Assembly: GCA_902388365.1 (NCBI GenBank)
Contig: CABMPB010000002.1
Coordinates: 242,683-306,682, forward strand
Direction: 5' to 3'
Length of the DNA: 64,000 nucleotides
From: an uncultured Bacteroides sp.
GTDB lineage: Bacteria; Bacteroidota; Bacteroidia; Bacteroidales; Bacteroidaceae
A program made the position numbers and the translations under genes. Each line of letters begins with the position of its first letter. The stretch's first letter is position 1. The notes beneath the pieces were generated by a model, which worked only from the letters and a program-made list of their open reading frames with translations, had not been told where the DNA came from and ran no database searches. Shown here in pieces: positions 58,798 to 64,000 of the stretch.

Positions 58798-59669
58798 TTA
58801 TGGGAAAGAAATCTGGGTCCTTTTTCGATATGCAGTTCATTACTTCCAGCATTAGCACCATGTTGGTGTTGTTGTTGCTGGGCATGGTGGTATTCTTTGT
58901 ACTGTCTGCCAATAACCTGTCCCGGTATGTGCGTGAGAATATCAGTTTCTCAGTACTTATCAGCGATGATATGAAAGAAGCGGATGCCTTGAAATTCCAA
59001 AAGAAATTGAATGAAGAACCTTTTGTAAAAGCCACTTCCTATATCTCAAAAGAGCAAGCCCTGAAAGAGCAGACCGAGGCAATGGGAACCGATCCTGCCG
59101 AATTTCTGGGTTATAATCCCTTTACAGCTTCCATCGAAATAAAACTGAATGCCGATTATGCCAACTCGGACAGTATCTCCTGGATTGAAGAAAAGATCAT
59201 GCAGAATAAGAAAGTAATGGAAATCAGTTATCCGCAGGATTTGCTGGATGCCGTGAACAGTAACATCCGTAAAATCAGCTTCTTGCTATTAGGGCTGGCC
59301 GCACTGCTTACGCTTATTTCCTTTGCTTTGATAAATAATACCATCCGTCTTGCCATCTATTCCAAACGTTTCCTTATCCACACCATGAAGTTGGTGGGGG
59401 CCAGCTGGGGTTTCATCCGTAAGCCTTTTCTGGTGCGGAATATCTGGATTGGCGTGCTGGCTGCCGTCATGGCGGACGCGGCATTGATAGGAATGGCTTA
59501 TGCCTTGGTGAGATATGAACCCGAACTGATTGAAATTATCACTCCCATAACCATGCTTATGGTGATGGGGGCTGTGTTTGTATTTGGGGTGATTATCACC
59601 TTTATGTGTGCGTATATATCGATCAACAAGTACCTGCGAATGAAAGCCGGTGCATTGTATTACATTTAA
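58794..59669 (+). CDS. ftsX: Cell-division ABC-transporter permease-like protein FtsX
   Basis: 291 aa with an N-terminal TM, a periplasmic FtsX extracellular domain and three C-terminal TMs with FtsX-family motifs (FLIHTMKLVGAS). It overlaps the upstream gene by 4 bp. Confidence 0.85.
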   Translation: MIMGKKSGSFFDMQFITSSISTMLVLLLLGMVVFFVLSANNLSRYVRENISFSVLISDDMKEADALKFQKKLNEEPFVKATSYISKEQALKEQTEAMGTDPAEFLGYNPFTASIEIKLNADYANSDSISWIEEKIMQNKKVMEISYPQDLLDAVNSNIRKISFLLLGLAALLTLISFALINNTIRLAIYSKRFLIHTMKLVGASWGFIRKPFLVRNIWIGVLAAVMADAALIGMAYALVRYEPELIEIITPITMLMVMGAVFVFGVIITFMCAYISINKYLRMKAGALYYI

Positions 59670-59680
59670 TTATAAAGGAT

Positions 59681-59923
59681 ATGGATAGACAGAAATTTGC
59701 CTTTGACAAAACAAACTTCATACTGTTGGCAATAGGTATGGCAGTAATCATCATCGGTTTCCTGCTGATGACGGGTCCCAGTTCAACGGAGGGATATTTT
59801 GAACCGGACATTTTCAGCGTGCGCCGCATCAAGGTAGCACCGGCTGTGTGCTTCCTGGGATTTATATTTATGATTTACGGCATTGTGCGCAAACCGAAGG
59901 ATATAACAAATACAAATATTTAA
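59681..59923 (+). CDS. DUF3098-family small membrane protein
   Basis: The start is placed at ATG 59681 (MDRQKFAFDKTNFILLAIGMAVIIIGFLLM); the track ORF begins at 59606. Two TM helices, conserved partner downstream of ftsX in Bacteroidota. Confidence 0.65.
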   Translation: MDRQKFAFDKTNFILLAIGMAVIIIGFLLMTGPSSTEGYFEPDIFSVRRIKVAPAVCFLGFIFMIYGIVRKPKDITNTNI

Positions 59924-59935
59924 AGACGAGAAATT

Positions 59936-60736
59936 ATGGAATGGTTTGAGGCGTTAATCCTTGGTTTGCTCCAAGGGTTGACAGAGTATTTGCCGGTGAG
60001 CAGCAGTGGTCACTTGGCTATAGGTTCAGCATTATTCGGCATACAAGGTGAAGATAATCTGACTTTTACGATAGCAGTCCATGTGGCGACTGTGCTGAGT
60101 ACATTGGTAGTGCTATGGAAAGAAATAGACTGGATATTCCGCGGGTTGTTTAAGTTTGAGATGAATGCGGAAACAAAATATGTCATTAATATCCTGATCT
60201 CCATGATTCCTATCGGCATTGTGGGTGTGTTTTTTAAAGATTATGTAGAGGAAATATTCGGCTCGGGATTGCTGATTGTAGGTTGTATGTTGTTGTTGAC
60301 AGCCTTGCTGCTTACTTTCTCTTATTACGCCAAACCGCGTGTAAAAGAGAACATTAGCATGAAAGATGCGTTTATTATAGGGCTGGCTCAGGCTTGTGCC
60401 GTGTTGCCGGGATTGTCTCGCTCCGGTTCTACCATTGCTACCGGATTGCTGCTTGGAGACAACAAGGCAAAGCTGGCACAATTCTCTTTCCTGATGGTGA
60501 TTCCTCCTATTCTGGGTGAGGCGTTGCTGGATGGAATGAAGATTGTAAAGGGAGCTGCCGCCGGAACAACGGATATATCTGTCCTTTCGTTGCTGGTAGG
60601 CTTCGTTGCTGCCTTTGTATCGGGCTGTGTGGCTTGCAAGTGGATGATTAATATTGTGAAGAAAGGCAAGCTGATTTATTTTGCTGTGTATTGTGCCATT
60701 GTGGGTGCAGTCACCATTATTTGCACATTGGTATAG
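59936..60736 (+). CDS. uppP: Undecaprenyl-diphosphate phosphatase (BacA/UppP)
   Basis: 266 aa with the hallmark motifs [17 protein letters not shown] and PGLSRSG. Confidence 0.93.
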   Translation: MEWFEALILGLLQGLTEYLPVSSSGHLAIGSALFGIQGEDNLTFTIAVHVATVLSTLVVLWKEIDWIFRGLFKFEMNAETKYVINILISMIPIGIVGVFFKDYVEEIFGSGLLIVGCMLLLTALLLTFSYYAKPRVKENISMKDAFIIGLAQACAVLPGLSRSGSTIATGLLLGDNKAKLAQFSFLMVIPPILGEALLDGMKIVKGAAAGTTDISVLSLLVGFVAAFVSGCVACKWMINIVKKGKLIYFAVYCAIVGAVTIICTLV

Positions 60737-60742
60737 TAAAAA

Positions 60743-61447
60743 ATGAATTTTAAAGAAGGAGAAGTATTATACTTTGATAAGCCGCTGAAATGGACTTCAT
60801 TTGCAGTGGTGAACAAGATAAGATACCATATTTGCCGCAAACTGGGCGTAAAGAAGATAAAGGTAGGACATGCCGGGACACTGGACCCGCTTGCCACCGG
60901 AGTAATGATAATCTGTACGGGCAAGGCTACGAAACGCATCGAAGAGTTTCAGTACCATACCAAGGAATACATTGCTACCTTGCAACTGGGAGCTACCACC
61001 CCTTCTTTCGACCTGGAAAAGGAGATAGACGCCACCTATCCCACGGAGCATATTACCCGTGAACTGGTGGAAGAAACGCTGAAGCGTTTCATCGGTAGCA
61101 TAGAACAGATACCGCCCGTCTTCTCTGCCTGCAAAGTGGATGGTAAACGCGCATACGATTTGGCCCGTAAAGGTGAAGAAGTGGAGTTGAAAGCCAAAAC
61201 GTTGATTATCGACGAAATAGAGTTACTGGAATGTAATCTGCCACAGATCAAGATCAGGGTAGTATGCAGCAAAGGAACCTATATCCGTGCATTGGCCCGT
61301 GACATTGGCGAAGCGCTGAACAGTGGCGCACACCTTACAGGGCTGATCCGTACCCGGGTGGGAGAGGTGAAGCTGGAAGATTGCCTGCAAGTGGAAGACT
61401 TCCCCGGATGGCTGGACCAACAAGAGATTGAAGTTATAAACGAATAA
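60743..61447 (+). CDS. truB: tRNA pseudouridine(55) synthase
   Basis: 234 aa with the catalytic motif [15 protein letters not shown]. Confidence 0.93.
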   Translation: MNFKEGEVLYFDKPLKWTSFAVVNKIRYHICRKLGVKKIKVGHAGTLDPLATGVMIICTGKATKRIEEFQYHTKEYIATLQLGATTPSFDLEKEIDATYPTEHITRELVEETLKRFIGSIEQIPPVFSACKVDGKRAYDLARKGEEVELKAKTLIIDEIELLECNLPQIKIRVVCSKGTYIRALARDIGEALNSGAHLTGLIRTRVGEVKLEDCLQVEDFPGWLDQQEIEVINE

Positions 61448-61458
61448 GGAGAGATAAG

Positions 61459-62514
61459 ATGAAACTGTCGCAATTTAAATTTAGACTGCCGGACGATAGG
61501 ATCGCTTTGCATCCGGCAAAGTACAGAGATGAGTCGCGCCTGATGGTTGTTCACAAATCAACAGGCCAGATTGAACACAAGGTATTCAAGGATATCTTGG
61601 ACTATTTTGATGATAAAGATGTGTTTATCTTTAATGATACGAAAGTTTTTCCTGCCCGTTTGTATGGAAATAAGGAGAAGACCGGTGCGCGTATTGAGGT
61701 GTTTTTGTTGCGTGAACTGAACGAAGAACTTCGTTTGTGGGATGTATTGGTTGATCCGGCTCGTAAGATCCGTATTGGCAACAAGCTTTATTTCGGTGAT
61801 GATGATTCAATGGTTGCCGAAGTAATTGATAATACGACTTCTCGCGGGCGTACCTTGCGTTTCTTGTATGACGGTCCGCATGATGAGTTCAAGAAATCAC
61901 TGTATGCGCTGGGAGAGGCTCCGTTGCCTGGTTTCATCAATCGTCCGGTAGAAGAGGAGGATGCGGAACGTTTCCAGACTATCTTTGCCAAGAATGAAGG
62001 TGCTGTGACTGCTCCTACTGCCGGCCTTCATTTCAGCCGTGAACTGATGAAGCGTTTGGAAATTAAGGGTATAGACTTTGCTTATATAACTATGCATGCC
62101 GGATTGGGTAACTTCCGTGAAATTGATGTGGAAGACTTGACCAAGCATAAGATGGATTCGGAACAGATGTTTGTCAACTCCGAGGCTTGCCGCATTGTGA
62201 ATAATGCTAAGGATGAAGGAAAGAACGTTTGTGCTGTAGGAACCACGGTTATGCGTACTATAGAGACTGCCGTAGGTACAGACGGCCATTTGAAAGAGTT
62301 TGAAGGTTGGACTAATAAGTTTATCTTCCCTCCTTATGATTTCTCTGTAGCCAATAGCATGGTTACCAACTTCCATATGCCTCTTTCCACATTGCTGATG
62401 CTGGTATGTGCTTATGGTGGTTATGATTTGATTATGGATGCTTATCGCACTGCATTGAAGGAAGGTTACCGTTTCGGTACTTATGGAGATGCCATGTTGA
62501 TTCTGGATAAATAG
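61459..62514 (+). CDS. queA: S-adenosylmethionine:tRNA ribosyltransferase-isomerase
   Basis: 351 aa with the QueA N-terminus ([25 protein letters not shown]) and conserved AGLHF/VGTT regions. Confidence 0.93.
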   Translation: MKLSQFKFRLPDDRIALHPAKYRDESRLMVVHKSTGQIEHKVFKDILDYFDDKDVFIFNDTKVFPARLYGNKEKTGARIEVFLLRELNEELRLWDVLVDPARKIRIGNKLYFGDDDSMVAEVIDNTTSRGRTLRFLYDGPHDEFKKSLYALGEAPLPGFINRPVEEEDAERFQTIFAKNEGAVTAPTAGLHFSRELMKRLEIKGIDFAYITMHAGLGNFREIDVEDLTKHKMDSEQMFVNSEACRIVNNAKDEGKNVCAVGTTVMRTIETAVGTDGHLKEFEGWTNKFIFPPYDFSVANSMVTNFHMPLSTLLMLVCAYGGYDLIMDAYRTALKEGYRFGTYGDAMLILDK

Positions 62515-62533
62515 TATTTTATCGGACAGGCGT

Positions 62534-62980
62534 ATGAAGGTATATTTAGGACTAGGAACCAACCTGGGCGATAAAGAAGCGCACCTGCATGCTGCTGTTC
62601 AAAAAATAAACGAGCGGGTAGGGAAGGTCATTTCCCTCTCCGCTTTTTATGTTACCGCCCCTTGGGGCTTTTCTTCCGAAAATTCATTCCTCAACGCTGC
62701 TTGCTGTATAGAAAGTGAACTTCCTCCGCTTGAGATCCTAAAAGAGACGCAAGCGATAGAACGCGAATTAGGCCGTATGAAGAAGTCTGTGGGTGGCAAC
62801 TATAGTGACCGCTTGATTGATATAGATATTTTGCTGTACGGCGATTTAATACTGCATACGCCGGAATTAGAGCTACCCCATCCCTTAATGACCGAACGGC
62901 GGTTTGTGATGGAACCGTTGATAGAAATTGCACCGGATGTGGTGCATCCGGTGCTGGGGAAGGTATTAAAAGAATTATAA
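62534..62980 (+). CDS. folK: 2-amino-4-hydroxy-6-hydroxymethyldihydropteridine diphosphokinase (HPPK)
   Basis: 148 aa with HPPK motifs (YLGLGTNLGD, RLIDIDIL, MTERRFV). Confidence 0.92.
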   Translation: MKVYLGLGTNLGDKEAHLHAAVQKINERVGKVISLSAFYVTAPWGFSSENSFLNAACCIESELPPLEILKETQAIERELGRMKKSVGGNYSDRLIDIDILLYGDLILHTPELELPHPLMTERRFVMEPLIEIAPDVVHPVLGKVLKEL

Positions 62981-63022
62981 ATAGAATACTTCAATAATTT
63001 GAGAACTCCGTTGAGTTGTAGT

Positions 63023-64000
63023 TTAACCTTCTTTCCATTCCGAAATAGTTCGTGTTTGTGAAGAAAAGACTACACCGATACGTACTACTTTCCTTGGATC
63101 TGCTAAATAGGGTTTGGCATATCCTTTTTCTTCTATTTGCTGTAGGGCTTCATCGGCATTTCCATCCAATTTGAATTCAAAAATATAGATATATTGGGGA
63201 GTCTCAAGAATACAGTCCACTCGTCCTTGGCTTTGTGTCTGCTCAATATGCAGGCAATATACTCCTATTAGACGGAGAATAAGATAGAATGTATACTGAA
63301 AATGTTTTTCTGTCAGTTCTGGGTTTTTAGTGCTGTCATGTGAGTCGTATGGGATGCTGGACAGGAAAGCCGTGAAAGAGTTGTGCAACTCTGTGGTTTT
63401 ACCGTCCTCCAGCATGATGGCGGCATCAGAAACCCAGGATGTGATTTCATGATGCTTGGGCTTCAGATAGTTGGAAGCAATGACTGCCAAGAATCCTTTC
63501 CGTACTTCATTATTAGGAAAATCCAGCAAGTAGCGGTCGCGGCGTTTGTCATACCCCTTGATGGTAAGGTATCCGCTTTGGTAAATCATAGGCAAGGGCT
63601 GTTCCACATCGGCCTTGTAATCGGCAAATAGGGAAGCATCATAGTATTTTCCTGCAAGCTCATTGATTTGCTCGTTATTATGCTGCAACAGTCTGACCAA
63701 ATAGGTAGGCGTGCCCGATGCAAACCAGTAGTCGCGGATTTGCTTTTTGTTGAAAGCGTTCAAAATACTGAAGGGATTGTAAATGTCCACCATGTTCTCG
63801 CTAAAGTGATACCCGTCATATTGTGCTTTCAGGCATTCTTTCATTTCATCAAATGTACATTCTTCTTTTTCAGCCAGTTCGGTGATAGCTTCCTTGAAGT
63901 AATGTTCCACTTCCTCTTGTGTAATTCCACAAAGTGTTTCATAGCGTTGATCCATACTTATATCATCGGGTTGGTTAAAACCGCTGAACACACTTACTTG
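63023..64000 (-). CDS. C-terminal part of an AAA-ATPase-like / PD-(D/E)XK nuclease (DUF1703, PDDEXK_9) family protein; N-terminus outside the window
   Basis: The reading frame stays open on the minus strand through position 64000. The C-terminal PD-(D/E)XK-like region (DCILETPQYIYIFEFKLDG) is typical of the Bacteroides AAA-ATPase-like plus DUF1703 family. Confidence 0.6.
   Translation of the reverse strand, partial: QVSVFSGFNQPDDISMDQRYETLCGITQEEVEHYFKEAITELAEKEECTFDEMKECLKAQYDGYHFSENMVDIYNPFSILNAFNKKQIRDYWFASGTPTYLVRLLQHNNEQINELAGKYYDASLFADYKADVEQPLPMIYQSGYLTIKGYDKRRDRYLLDFPNNEVRKGFLAVIASNYLKPKHHEITSWVSDAAIMLEDGKTTELHNSFTAFLSSIPYDSHDSTKNPELTEKHFQYTFYLILRLIGVYCLHIEQTQSQGRVDCILETPQYIYIFEFKLDGNADEALQQIEEKGYAKPYLADPRKVVRIGVVFSSQTRTISEWKEG

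Overview
This 64 kb window reads as a Bacteroides-type (Bacteroidota) chromosomal segment, about 43% GC by eye, with operon overlaps of the ATGA kind and TAnnTTTG -7 promoter boxes. Housekeeping genes (nadA 3' end, rdgB, leuS, miaB, truB, queA, folK, uppP, ftsX) alternate with accessory blocks. (1) A TonB-dependent outer-membrane receptor lies upstream of an ABC ATPase and two large ABC-2 permeases, and rdgB is translationally coupled to the last permease. (2) A RhuM-family gene is followed by a cytoplasmic GAF histidine kinase and a sigma-54 NtrC-type response regulator. A 466 bp AT-rich segment flanked by perfect 15-17 bp inverted repeats sits directly upstream of an orphan SusC/SusD pair and is a candidate phase-variable (invertible) promoter. 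(3) A tricorn-like S41 protease. (4) An ECF-sigma / FecR anti-sigma / SusC(STN) / SusD locus with two Ser-type S1 sulfatases. (5) An ABC-F ATPase convergent with an intact CepA-like class A beta-lactamase. That bla gene lies 77 bp downstream, on the same strand, of a second ECF-sigma / anti-sigma / unknown secreted protein / STN-TonB transducer operon. (6) A sugar-acid locus: PfkB kinase, small beta-barrel OMP, LacI regulator, mannitol-dehydrogenase-family reductase and MFS permease. (7) CoA-transferase, AraC and small-protein genes. Two dispersed intergenic repeat families stand out: an ~80 nt element with a GTAGGGGCGG...CCGCCCCTAC double hairpin at the 3' ends of four genes, and a ~170 bp multi-hairpin element present twice in inverted orientation 31 kb apart. 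There are also a 22-bp-unit palindromic array and a 23-bp tandem direct repeat. No tRNA, rRNA, CRISPR array, transposase or integrase was recognised. All protein calls rest on recognition of conserved motifs in the supplied translations; no database search could be run.
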